64,000 nucleotides of DNA. Source: Lepidodermella squamata (lineage: Eukaryota; Animalia; Gastrotricha). The stretch covers positions 2,356,001 through 2,420,000 of the forward strand of contig JBLDXI010000024.1 in NCBI GenBank assembly GCA_047495785.1. The letters are read 5' to 3'. The number at the start of each line of letters is the position of its first letter. The stretch's first letter is position 1. Positions 1 through 12,784 of the stretch are shown here, one piece after another. Made by a program: the position numbers and the translations under genes. The notes under the pieces are model-generated. The model was not told where the DNA came from, did no database searches, and saw only the letters and a program-made list of their open reading frames with translations.

Positions 1-1
1 A

Positions 2-157
2 GTCGGTTGCTTCAAAAATGGTTATTTTGTCCTTCAGGGGCTGACCTCGACCGGCATAGGATGTGCTGAACCCAGATATCCTGGTATCTATACCAATGTT
101 TGCAAGCTATTGGACTGGATCAACAGCAACATGGCGAACCCCGGGGGATCGAACTAA
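2..157 (+). CDS. 3' end of a trypsin-like serine protease gene (paralog 0, truncated by window edge)
   Basis: Frame from nt 2 reads VGCFKNGYFVLQGLTSTGIGCAEPRYPGIYTNVCKLLDWINSNMANPGGSN*, nearly identical to the C-termini at 4735 and 21338. Confidence 0.9.
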   Translation, partial: VGCFKNGYFVLQGLTSTGIGCAEPRYPGIYTNVCKLLDWINSNMANPGGSN

Positions 158-385
158 GAATATGCTGTTCGCTGTTGCGATTTATTTAAAAAGAATCTTA
201 TAATCTTGCGACTGGTTATTTTCGCAAAAAATGCTTACTATTTAAATTTAAATTCCAATTTAAATAAAACCACAATACAACCGCCGAATATTTTATTTCG
301 TGATTCATGGTTTTTGTGAAGTTTAATTCGTAGATTGCTCTCCTCTATAAAAAAATTGGAGATCAATAAATTATAAAATGGCATG

Positions 386-772
386 AAAATCGAGTTTTGA
401 GACGTCGGTTTTCGCTGGTTCGCTGTTTCGAAAATGAAAGAAAAAAATGGGTCGAAGGGAGATTCGAACCCTGGACCGCTTGGCAATTACTCAGACGGCG
501 AGACCACTGCACAACAGAACTAGGTAATGGTAGTCATCCTTTTCCGTCAATTTTATACACCAAACGAACGATACAGATAAGCGTTCTCAACCAATCTCGG
601 ATAGGAAGGGTCCTGTTGTATAGCGAACTCAACCCAGGTTTCTAACCCTAAAGGTCCAGGGTTCGAATCCTCCATTCACCCGATAACTTTCAGTTTTTTG
701 AGAGATGGCAAAGTGAAGAAACTACGCCACAACGAAACAACCAAAAATGCCGTCAAGAACTAGCTCCGGTTT
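386..772. repeat. Decayed inverted-repeat element containing tRNA-like (A/B box) sequence
   Basis: 449-477 and 653-681 are ~29-bp inverted copies around GGTCCAGGGTTCGAAT(C/CC), with degenerate outer arms. The minus strand of 449-515 has A-box-like TGTGCAGTGGT and B-box GGTTCGAAT but no clean cloverleaf. Confidence 0.45.
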
Positions 773-1604
773 TTCTCTGCAGCTTCTGTGTTCCACCGTC
801 CTTAATCGTCAAGACATACATCTCCGCTCTGCGGTAAAAAGCTAATTTCACATAATTTTACAGGTTTGGAGAAATTGCTTTTTAGCAGCGGTTATACTAT
901 TATTTGGCATCAATTTATTTTCTGCCGCCCCAGGTTTGCGCCAGAGTCCACTAATTTTGTTGGGTCTTAGGCAAATAAATTTATCTTTTAACTTCGCTTG
1001 TCGTTCGATTTGACGGGGATTTTCCTGTTTATTTGATTTGCATTTATCGGTTATTGGTGACCCTCCGGTGTTTATTTGTGCTACAACTCAGCCAAAAAAT
1101 GGTTTTACACTTTCAACTCAATGAATATTCTCAATGCGGCAGGGATAAACTTTTCAATCGATCTCCATATTGAACTCAGACAAAAAAAAAGAAAATCACA
1201 ATCGATTGTGTGACGTGTGGCATCTATTTATAGTATTTGCACTAAAAAATGAGAACCGATGACTTCGCCTTTTTGCTGGGCAAATTGGGCCCGCTATGCC
1301 AAAAGTATTCCACTCTGACAAGGCAAACAATAATGCCTAGTGTAACGTGAAGGTGAAGCTGATTGTAGGGGTCGCCAGCTTCCGAGTATTAAATGTTTAA
1401 CATTTCAGGCTGAAATTTTGACCGTGACTTTTTAGAGCAAGTTCATTGCCTGGAGTGACCCCGGGATCGCGTGAAACCGAATGAAGGCGCGTGACAACGG
1501 TGCGTCGTGAAAAAAATAAAAAATAATCTCATTCATTGCGTTACACTTTTTTAAATTTAGTGTTTTTTGAAAATCGAATTTTCACTACTAATAAAAGAGT
1601 GGCC

Positions 1605-4600
1605 ATGTTTTCACGTGTTAACTGGACCGCCTTGCTTTTCGCATTGGCTAGTCTAATTCATGCTTCACAGCAGGATGGCTTCAAGCGATGTATCTCGCGG
1701 CGGAACGGCGAATTCATGGGCTGCAAACCCGAATGCTCGTTCTTGGATGAAATTCAGGTGATTATCCCAATTGCGCTGAAATTATGTTGAAGTTGAATCA
1801 AATCAAATTTCAGCTTGGACAACCGAGGCCGACTATGGCATCTTGCGTTGCAGGGGTATGGCCTAATCTCCCATTCATATATCAGCAGTGATAATTCTTT
1901 ATTTTGACAGTCGGCGCGAAGCTGTTACAACTTCAAAACGTTTACGCTGAGATGCATGGCCAACGCTGATAAATGTTCGAGCGATGAAGTGCCGGTAACT
2001 TCTCGCAATGTGTCACTGATATGTCTTTTTCACCTTTCTCTAATTCTAGCACCTCCAATTTATCGGCAAGATATTCCGTAACCAATACGAAGCCTGCCGA
2101 GCAAGAGCGGTCAACCTAATGGTTTGTTCGATTACTTCATTTTTCGGCACTCGAGTACAAGTTTTTATTTTGAAGAACAAAGCGGCCAAGCTTTGCCAGG
2201 ATAATTCTGGCAATTCAGTTTGTGTTCCGTTTGATTCTGTCTGTCCTAAGGGAATGGTAAGCCTTTAGACTACCTTTATCCATAAAATAACTCATTTTTT
2301 TTTAACAGAAAGTTGTATCGGGTGCCCAACCGATGGGTAGATGCTTGAGGAAGAAAGGAGGTAACTGAGATGTCTCGCAAATCAGGTCAAATTATAATTT
2401 TTCGATATTTTAGTCGTTATAACAGATTTTCAGCCACACGTGCGCTGTTTCTCCAAATTTGATCGCTCCTTCACCGGCTGTAAACGAAATTCAACCAAAT
2501 GCAACGCTGCTGAAACTGGGGTATAGCTTTCAGCAAGCATTCATTCTTTTATTATTCAATTTATTTATAATTTCCAGGAATACAGCGCTGATACATACGG
2601 CGATAAGGCGCTCTGTTCGAGTGGTGTTGGTTTCACGATCTTTTATCCAAAATCAAAGCCGTCAAATATTTTTCTCCTTTTAGCCTGCTGCTTTGTGCAA
2701 ATCAGCTGCTGGGTACTTGTGCCGCGGTCGGTGCAGTTCAGCGATGACCTCGGTTCGGGATTTTTTTGTCCATTTTCAATCAATTATATAATCCCAACCT
2801 TTTCTAGGTGGCGCAATTTTCCAATAGTACAACATTCGAAACAAATTATGCAGAGTGTCTCAGGTACCTGGCCACCTATGAAGTATGTGTTTGTCCTATT
2901 GAAGCCTTTTCCACGGTAAACTTTAAAAATTCTAGCCGCCTCAATCTTCTGCTGGCCCCCGTCAATGCCGCGTATATTTGCCGTTCGACAGCGATATCAA
3001 CGACCATTCGATTTCTCCGGTACCAACGTTTGGTTTCGGCGATTTCTCCATCGACAACTCAACTTCAGCCCGAGGAAGGGGGTCACTCTACGTGAACGGC
3101 GGCAGAATCGAAATCCCCAACATTATCAGCTACAGCAAGGAGTACTCGATCTGCTTCTTTTACAAGTAAGTTGAGAAATCGCAATCGATGGTTTAACTTT
3201 AATTCTCTTCTAAGGGCTGGTGGCAAGAATGCAGGCGGTCTTTTTTCCAACAGCAACTGCTATGGGACATCGGATTACTCCCTGAAAATTGCGCATGTGG
3301 GATTCGGAGAAAACTCGAGCACGACTTATCAAGTGCTGGCTAACTTGTACCAGCCAAATTTTCCCGTCAACCACGTGTCGTCCGCTGCTTTCGACTCGTC
3401 AACAGGAGAAAATTATACGCAAATTTGCGTGATAGTTTCGGACATAGAAGTCACAATTTGGGAAAACGATGTAATCTCATTTTTCCTATCCTATCTTTTA
3501 TTTTAACTCACGTTACAGAATGAGGCTGGAAACTATGAGACAGAAGGTTCTGTTTTTGTCTCAAACTGCCCCTACCAGATCGGTTCGGTCAATTTCGTCG
3601 GTCATATCGATGAACTTCTTGTGTGTGATTTCACAATGACCCTTAGCGAGATGGATTCTCACTACGCTGGAGCTGTTTCGATGCAAAACGCCGGCCTCAT
3701 CCCGCCTCCTTCGACGCCTCGCCCGCGCTACGATGATACGGACGCTCAAGAAAGCCCGTACAACGCCTGTGGTCACAGCAAATACTGGAATGTCGAAGGA
3801 GATCTGCTGCCGAACGTTGGAATTGTCGGTGGCACGGAATCGGCCGAGAATGAATTTCCGTGGCAGGTTAGACGAGTGCTTCTATTTTGGTAACGTTTGG
3901 TATTTGTTTTTGTTTTCTTTAGGCTCTCGTACTGTTCAAAGTGGAGAATCGAACTCGACCATATAGATGTGGTGGATCTGTCATTAGCGATCGATGGGTT
4001 TTAACGGCGTAAATTTTCCAACCATGTTTAATCCTAGAAATTATCGCCTTATTTTCCAGAGCTCACTGTTGCGTTTCAGAAGAAAGGACTCTGTAAGTGA
4101 TTTCTCTGGCCTAAATTCAATAAATATAATATGCTTTTTGCAGTGAGACTCTGGTGTTGGTTGGCGGCAATGACGGATGGCAAGGCAATCTTACCAAGAC
4201 CCTAGCGCTCTATAGTACAGTGCGAAATACTACTAGGAACATTGTCCACCCTCTTTACAACGATACGATCTGGGCCTACGATTTCTGCCTTTTGGAAACC
4301 GCCGATCCAATTCCGCTAGACAGCTGGGCGATTCGTCCTATCTGCCTGCCGGAAAGTTGCGATGATACCTGTTCCCCTGGTGAGCAGGTGTTGATATCCG
4401 GCTACGGTGCAACTAGCCAGGAAGGTTCCACGACAAAACGCCAGCGTAATGCAATCGTAAATGTCGTTGACAATGCGAAATGTGAGCAGCAATATCGCTA
4501 CAAAAATGGCTCGTTAGACGAATGGCGGGCCTTCTGTGCTGGCATCGATGGCGAAGGCGGCATTGATACATGCCAAGGCGACTCTGGCGGACCTCTCGGC

Positions 4601-4735
4601 TGCTTCAAAAATGGCTACTTCGTTCTTCAGGGCGTGACATCGAACGGTCAGGGTTGTGCCGAGCCGAGATTTGCTGGTGTCTATTCCAACGTCTGCCAGC
4701 TCTTGGATTGGATCAAGAGTTACGTTTCGATCTGA
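1605..4735 (+). CDS. Secreted multidomain trypsin-like serine protease (signal peptide, Cys-rich region, LamG/pentraxin-like domain, S1A protease), multi-exon
   Basis: Exons include 1605-1757, 1814-1855 and 1911-1994. Motifs IVGG, FPWQ, TAAHC (split by an intron), YDFCLL and DTCQGDSGGP are present. A ConA/LamG-like segment runs YLPFD...FVGHIDELLVCD. Confidence 0.88.
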
Positions 4736-5222
4736 AGCGAAATTACTTTGCCTTGATAAACAATTTATTAGTGTGAGATGTTATACAAGTTGATTGTTAA
4801 GGTTTGCAGAATATATGCAAATTTTGAGATTTATGTGTTAAGCTCTCAGGTTTACAGTATTCGTCTAATATGTGATTTAAGACGGCATATTGCCTCTCTC
4901 AAAAGAAATAAAATCGAGATCATCGTGAGTGTGGCTATTTTTTCAATTCAAAAGCATAGGTTGTAGCAGATGAATGCAGGCGCTTTGCCAACAAATCGCT
5001 TCCAGCTTGTTAATTATTTGTCGCATCTTGTAGAACTCTCCAAGCTGTAGAGCACCAATTAAGGAATATTTATCTAACGAATAATCATAGTTCGAAGCAA
5101 CTGGATTAGCCAATCGTTCTCGCAATCGATACCTGCAATTATCCCGTCGCCACGCCGTCAGCCTAACCCCAAAAATACCACAAATATTGTCTAATTTACA
5201 TAAGCCATATAGAGGCCAAGTC

Positions 5223-8200
5223 ATGAAACCTAAATTGATGGGTCATCTGGTAGAAATTGCGTCTTTTCTATGCATTCTCGCAATATTGCTTCACAGTACT
5301 GCCGCACGTTAGTTTCGGAACTAGAATCTGCGGTCAAAACGTTTTTGGATTTATTTCGACAGAACCATTTTCGTGCTCTCCGTCGTGCATCAATGGAAAC
5401 TGTACAGCTACCAACTTTTGTTCATGCAAAATCGGCTGGGATGGGCAATTTTGCGATATAGCAGCTCCTACAGGTAAACAAGTTCACTTCACCTTAAACT
5501 GTCTAGTCTGATTTATAATTTTGACAGTTTGTGAGAGCGACACAAACTGTGCTAACGATGGGATATGTTCTGAGAAGAACTGCTATTGCCCTGGTACCTG
5601 GAATGGTGCTACTTGCGCTGAAACAGGTATGAACACGATTTTTCGATCGAAGACTGGCGATTTTGAACTAAATAGATGCGCATACGTGTCATCAAACCGG
5701 TTTCAATTATCCTTATTGCTTCAATGGAGGAACTTGCAGTGGCACAACTGCAAGGATTTGCGTTTGTACGGCTGATTATACTGGAAAATATTGCCAAACT
5801 GGTAGTTTCGAGGACTATCATTTATTGTCTGTGTGATAAGGTCCGTTTTGAATGTTATAGCGATTGCGACAACAACCACTACAACTACTGTAGCCCCAAC
5901 CACAACATCTACAACAACTACTGCAACAACAACAACATCATCGCTGGCTCCTACGACCACCCAAGCTACAACCACCAGTACGACTCCAATGTCAAGTAAT
6001 GTCTCATGTCAACTTAAATCCTAGTTTACCTGAAGTTGGAAGAGCCATGAGATTTGTTGTGATTTAATCTATTTATTAAAATTGCTGCTTAATTGTTCGA
6101 GAGATTGGGAATGAAGTTATTTTCACACTTAATTTTCGTTGCATAACTATAACTATGCTAATTGATGTTTGATGCTTTCAAGCTACAACCACAGCTGCGC
6201 CGACAACCACAACTCAAACGACTACGACAACGCTACCACCTACGACGACTACCGCAACAACATCCGCTGCAACTCAACCTCCGAGTATGATTTGAATACA
6301 ATTAAGAATTATCCCCTTGGCCACAACAGCACAGGTGTTTCGCGAAGATCTGCGTAACACCTATTTGAATTGCTGAACAGTGTACGAAGTACAGGGTATA
6401 ACGGGGGTACCCTACTCCAGAGGTCCTGGCAAGAAGACAGGAAATAACCACCCTGTGGCACCAACTTTGGGGTCCACAGTATCCCCTAGCTCGCGGATCG
6501 TACTTCGCACACCACTGCTGAAATTACGCCGTCGAATAGAAAATATATATGTTTGTCTCCATAGAATGATTGCTAATCTTTCGCTCTCGCTATTTCGGGT
6601 GAGAAACCAGGAAAGTAACCAAATCCCCGCAAACCGCAGCTTCATCGAAGTCTTCGCCCCTGCTAGCCTAGCCTAGAAAAAATGACCTCAAACCCTTTCT
6701 GAGGTCATCACCCCAAAGTTTTTCAAGCTCTGTGTTAGCGTTGATGTAAAAAGCTTTACCAATTTCATACATAAACACACAAACACCAATTTCATACAAA
6801 ACGTTTACAAAACGTTTACAAACTTTGTAAACGTTTTGTAGCCACAACGACAGCTGCGCCAACGACTACAACAACAACAACCGTGCCTACTTCGACCACA
6901 ACATCACCCGCTACAACGATTACGACAACTACGACTCAGTCCCCGAGTACGACCCGACTTGAAATATTTTTCTGATTTTAACATTGAATTTAAAATTGAA
7001 GCGACGACCAATATACCAACCACGACGACTTTGCCAACGACTACGACAACGTCAACACCCACTACTTCGACATCTTCAACAACACAATCTCAGGGTGATT
7101 TCTCCTTTTTATGAATTGTTTTATCTGGCTTATCTGGGAAATTAGACTTTTCTCTTTTGCACATTTTCAAATAATGACGGCGAACTTCCGGTTAGAGAAT
7201 AAATAGTAGGAGATGCGAAATTCAAGGATACACTGAGTTAAGAGACATCAGGAACCTGCATTTATAACTTCAAACAGAGTTTTCATAATTGTCTATGTTT
7301 TAAAAATTTTAGCTTCGTCCATTGTTGCTCCTACGTCAACAACGACAGCTCTCTCAACTGTCCCAACTTCCACGACCGCGACATCAACAACGTCTACGAC
7401 TGCAACACCAACAACTTCAACCAAGCTCGTGATTAACAATGCGAATTTGAGTGCTAGCACAATGTTCGCCAACCTGAATGCTGTTGTGTTAGCATCCACT
7501 CCATTTTATCTGGCTGCGAACTCTGAAGCCATAAGCACCGCGATGACTGAATGTGCGCAGGCAGTTTTTAAGCGGAATAACTTGACAGCTTTAGCACAAG
7601 ATTCGGTGAGCCCGTCGACATCGAAAAGCGATGATGAAGAACTGTTAATTTTAACAGGCCTCCTTCGTATCGCTAGCATCGATATTGATGTCAAAGATTG
7701 CGAAGTTGGCAGCCTTCATTCCAGCAGTTCGGGTCATCGCAATCGCTTCAGGTTTGATTCTGATAGTTGATTGATATCAGATTGTTGATTCCTATCGCGT
7801 TCCAATAAGCTTTTTCCCAGAATGTCAACTCCGTCCTGTCGGCTACAACGGAAAAAGCAGTGTTACCCCTTATCAAATCACGAGCTTTGTCAATAGAGAC
7901 AATCTCCGTCAAATGCAAAGCTGACGAATTTGTATCAGAAGATTTCGATGCCGAGATTGATTCACAGGTCCAATACTCTAGCAACGAAACTTCGAAGTTG
8001 TTCGCCGATTTTCGACTTATTATGCAGTCATTGATAGTTATGGTTAGAGGTAGCATACCAACTGGGGAAGAGCTTACATTCAACGGAACGTTTTTCTCGT
8101 TTTCGATTCGCAACGTTGCCGCTTCAAAACTTGGCTCGATGGTTATTTTAACAAATCTCGCGACTGCTGAATTTCCGAAAATCAACAACTCCATGGAGCT

Positions 8201-11200
8201 TATCAACTCGATACCCAGCTACATGAACGGAACCAGTGTGATTACGGTGGTTCTAGTGGCCTATATCACCAATGTCTACGATAATTCGAAGCCTTTCAAC
8301 ATGCCAACGATTACATTGAAGATGATTTTTGATGGGAAAGAGTTGACTCTAAACAGCACTAATCCTGTAAAGCTGACCGCTTATCCTCAGCCAAACACGG
8401 CTCAGCAGCTAATTGCTGAGAAAATCAACTCGCAATGCGACGTCAGCACGTTAAAATGTGACTTGGCCTCGAATGCTGACAAATTAGCAACTCTTGCCAC
8501 TTATCCTGTATCATCAGACGCCGGCGATTTCGTTTTGGTTTTCCCAGCCATCGATCTGGACTACATTGTTTACTTCGCTTTCAACGGAACCCCATCAATA
8601 AGGTCCTACATTTGGCTAGTCAATGTGACTGGGGAGGTAGCCGTTACAAGTAACGAACCCATGAGGGTAACTTTCAATAAGTCACTCGGATTGAAGGTAG
8701 TAGTATATAGATCGTCGCTGGTTGATGTATATCGAAATCGCAACCTAACAAATTCGACATTCCCAATGTATGTCATGGCTAGGAAGAATTTAGCCAACTT
8801 CTCACCCAGCGAAAACCTACCGGCATCCGTCTGTGAAATGCAGAAATTTTATGGATATCAAGTCAGGATTGGGTTCGCTTCAGGCGATCAAACTAGTTCG
8901 AGGCGAAAAAGATCGGTTGATGATTCAAATGATGACTTCGACCTTGATTCTGAGTCATCAGAGTCTAAAGTATCGTTTACGTCCCAATACTTCGGAAACT
9001 TTGGAGCCGACCTGCTTATTTCGCCGAATACAATTCAATTCGCTGAAATATTTTCCGATTTTTCAAATTTGGTCTCGAGCAACGCTTTTGTCTTAGCTTT
9101 TATGGTTGCTTGCATGGCTGGATTTTTGGCTTCAGTCACCCTTGCTGCAATTTCCGACCAGAGTGATCTGAAAGACTGGGCTTTCATGCCGATCCTTAGC
9201 AACAAACCCCATCATTCTTATCGGTATCTGGTATCGGTCGATGGTTACAATGTGAAAAGATATGAGCTCGACCCTCAGGTCTTTATCAGACTGATGGGTG
9301 AGGGCTGCGAGACATCTTTCCGGCTTCTTAAAGATGGATTAAGGAGGAATTTTTCTGGGGCTGTTCCGGGGAATTTTCTCCTAACAACAGCTTTCCCAGT
9401 TGAATTTATCGAGGCTATTGAACTGGAGACAGTTAGTAAACCATGGCTTGATGGCACTGAACCTTTCCAGATCTTTATTGACAAGGTTATTATCGTCGAC
9501 TTACAAACCAGTAACAAGTACATCTTCGCTGTTTGCTCGCAAATGCAGTCTGGTGATCGAGTGAAGATCCAACTTGCGACTGAAGATGAGATGAAAGGGT
9601 TCCCGTTCTTGGTCCGGAGCCACTCGCGAACCGGCTTGACGGATAACCATACTTGGATATCTGTCTTCAAACGACCCATGGCCAGTAACTGGACAAGGGC
9701 TGAGCGGCTGTCCTGTGTCACAGCAGCTATTTTTCTAGCAATGCTTGTCAGTTGTATGTTCTACGGCAAGGAGGAAAATTCGCCTCGTATCGGGATCAAC
9801 ATTGGCGGATTCTTGAGAATTTCTTGGTTCACGTTCTACACCAGCCTTGCAGGCTGTTTGATTATCATTCCTCCAACAGCCACCGTAGCTTTCATCTTCC
9901 GAAATGTGAAGCGAAGGTCTGCAGAAAAGAGCGACTATATCACAGTCTTCAATATAGCTGTTGGTCTCGATCAAGAGGGGAAGAAACAATTCCAGCTTCC
10001 CTATTTAACGATATACATCGGCTGGTTTCGTAAGTATCTTGGAATCTTCGATTTTAATCATAATTAAAAAACCTTAGTGGTTACTGTTTCGATTGGCGGG
10101 TCAGCTTTTCTCGTTTTCATGTACAGCCTGCAATGGGGACGGGAGAAGTCGTTGCAGTGGTTAGCCGGTATGGGAATTCACGTAATTCAGGACATAATCA
10201 TCGTGCAAATGGTGAAAGTTGTAATGGTTTCCCTCTTCACCTCCTGTCTCCTTAAATTACCCGACGATGGCATACCAATCGGAAATGTGGTCTACTCAAA
10301 ATGTTAGCTTCTTTTTTATTATGAAGATTTTCTTCATAAAATTCCCTTTCAGGCAATTCTGCGGAAAGGACTGAGATTTTCAAGCGAATGAGAAACACGA
10401 TAGCCGGAATCCTGCAACACATCTGTTACGTAATCATGTTCGCTTTGGTCATCGCATCAACCCAGAGTGCTTATCGTTTCCGCCTTGTTAAAGAAATCTG
10501 ACCTCTCGTCGCTTTCGGAAAAATCCGACAAGTTACAGAGCCTATCACAGATTACGGGGCTATTTTCGATTGGCTGGGCGGTAAAGTGATACCAAACTTT
10601 CTGAACGGAAATCAGCTGAATTATGGCGGAATTTTCAACTCGAAGAACATTTACGCCGTGCCGAACCATGACGTAGTCATACTGGGGCCAATCAGGATTC
10701 GGCAGCAGAGAGTTGCGTTGAAATCCTGTCCTATCTATCAAGCTATTGACCTAACCAACGTCAATCGTTACATAGGAAATCTAGGAATTTCCAATATGAC
10801 ATGCCAAGACCTTTATTCCGATGATATGGGAGTAGGATCGTCATCGGAGAGACGAAATTTCAACTCGAGCTGGCTCATTCTTTCAAACCTAACCATAAAT
10901 GATTCGAAAACATCTCTTGAAGTATACCCGTGGCTCTATAGAGTTGACCAAGGCGGTTTTGTATACTGCGGGTGGTCCGCGAGATACAAACCAGGGGGTT
11001 ATTACGTCGACCTGCCTTCAAAAATGTGGAAATCTCAGTTGCTAGTATCGCAGATGAAAGGGAAACGTTGGCTAGATAACGCAACATCAGTCGTTTTCGT
11101 CGATTTCGTTCTTTACAACGCTCAGATTAACCTATTCCTCGCAGTCAAGATAGTCTTTGAGGCTATGAGTTCCGGAGCAATGAATTACCACAGTCGGGTC

Positions 11201-12431
11201 TATCCACTACAGTTGTACCTTTACTCCGGGGCGAGCAGTATCCTTACCTTTCTGGTTCAAGGTGTTTGGATCCTCTTATTGATATCAGAAACCGTGAAAA
11301 TTGCGTATCAAATCAAGAGAAATGGTTTCAAGGCCCATTTTACGGACGGCTGGAATATTCTAGAGATCATCTCCATCGTCGCGGCCTATTGTATCATTGG
11401 CCTCTTTATCACTCGAATCCTGATTTGCATTGAGGTGGTTACAAAAATTCAGACTGATCGGAGTTCCTTTACTGATCTTGACCCTCTCGTATTTTGGGAC
11501 GAACTGATGGCTAACATTATTGGGCTAACTTTCTACATGACTTTGCTGTTGTTCTTCCGAAATCTCAAGTTCCTGAAGCATTGGTGTACCTTCCTAGGCA
11601 CTATGTCGAAAGGAAAGAATGATCTGATAACTTTCACCGTGGTTTTCGCCGTCATTACTCTGATGTTTGCCGGGCTAGGTTACTTGACCATGGGGAATGT
11701 TCGAACTGAGTTTCGGTCAATAACAGCTTCGATAATGACCCTGATTCAGAATATCATCGGAGTCACTGGGAGTTTGATAGCACTAGGCGTCCAGTCTCGT
11801 TTTGTTATGATCTACTGCATTGCTTACTCGACGATCGTGATGTTTCTTGCTGTTCAAGTTTTCATGACAATTGTTACGGTAACCTACGATCGAGTTGCGT
11901 CGAACGTCGAGCGAAACACAGACTGGGACAGGGAGATGGCTGAGTACATGGCAGAGGAATGTCTCAAGCTGATCTCACCGAAGAACACGAATGAGAACCG
12001 CGACGAAAGGACAATAGATGGAGATGGACCTTTTTCTGAATGTAACTTCTTTTTCCCCCAAAATTTTCTAACTATCCCCAATTTTGTTTATAGTGGAATG
12101 CGCTCTTCTCCGACTGGAAAGATACGTTGAGGCAATCGTAGAAAACGGCTACATTTTTGAAGAGAATAAACGGGTTAAATGCTCTATTCGCTGGATGGAA
12201 CAAAACTATCGCCCAACTACAGATGATGCAGAAAGCGTGTGGTATGATGCCTGCTCGGATCCAGCCGTATTGAGTCAAGCACCAGGCGGCCGCCGCCGGC
12301 CACTTAAGATTCAAGAAGTCAAACCGTTGTTTCCGGTTAAACTCGAGCAACCTGGTGGAATGTACTACAACTTTTTCAAACGGTTTAATGAACATGAAAT
12401 TTCGAAGACCGATCAGAACTATATGAAATAA
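5223..12431 (+). CDS. Polycystin-1-like (PKD1L) protein: signal peptide, 3 EGF repeats, Thr-rich mucin stalk, GAIN-like region, PLAT domain, multi-TM polycystin channel domain; in-frame TGA at 10499
   Basis: Signal peptide MKPKLMGHLVEIASFLCILAILL; EGF exons 5363-5800; Thr-rich exons 5850-7420; PLAT-like YRYLVSV..VFIRLMGEG; DNHTWISVF..WTRAERLSC motif; LGPIRIRQQRV and WLDNATSVVFVDFVLYNAQINLF polycystin-channel motifs. Confidence 0.88.
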
Positions 12432-12784
12432 GCTGTCGTTGATTTAGATAACTTTTCGTTAAGTTTGCCTGTTCAAGTCTCTGTTTTATGGTGACAAGCC
12501 TAATTTTGTGGAAAAACTGAACCTTGAAAAATTGTCAATAGCATAAAGTGTATTGGGTAGATTTATTTAGATCAGGTTTTAGTCGGCCGTTAAGCTTATT
12601 GTCACAAAATCGAGATGAACTAGAAACCAATGCACAATAGTCCTTTTCCAATAATGATGTGAATCAGGCTCGTGCCAGGTGCGAGATAATGGATTATTGC
12701 TGCGCATTGAACACGCCGCTTCTAAATCTTGTTGCAGCGAACCCCATCGGCATCTACATTCAATATATTTTTTGAGTAAGAATT

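Noticed and set aside
449-515. tRNA gene
   Set aside because: A/B-box-like motifs are present but there is no proper acceptor or anticodon stem, and it is part of an inverted repeat.
7429-7860. Apparent frameshift in PKD1L between the 7429 and 7860 ORFs
   Set aside because: Resolved by two short introns (7606-7657 and 7752-7809) that keep the frame.
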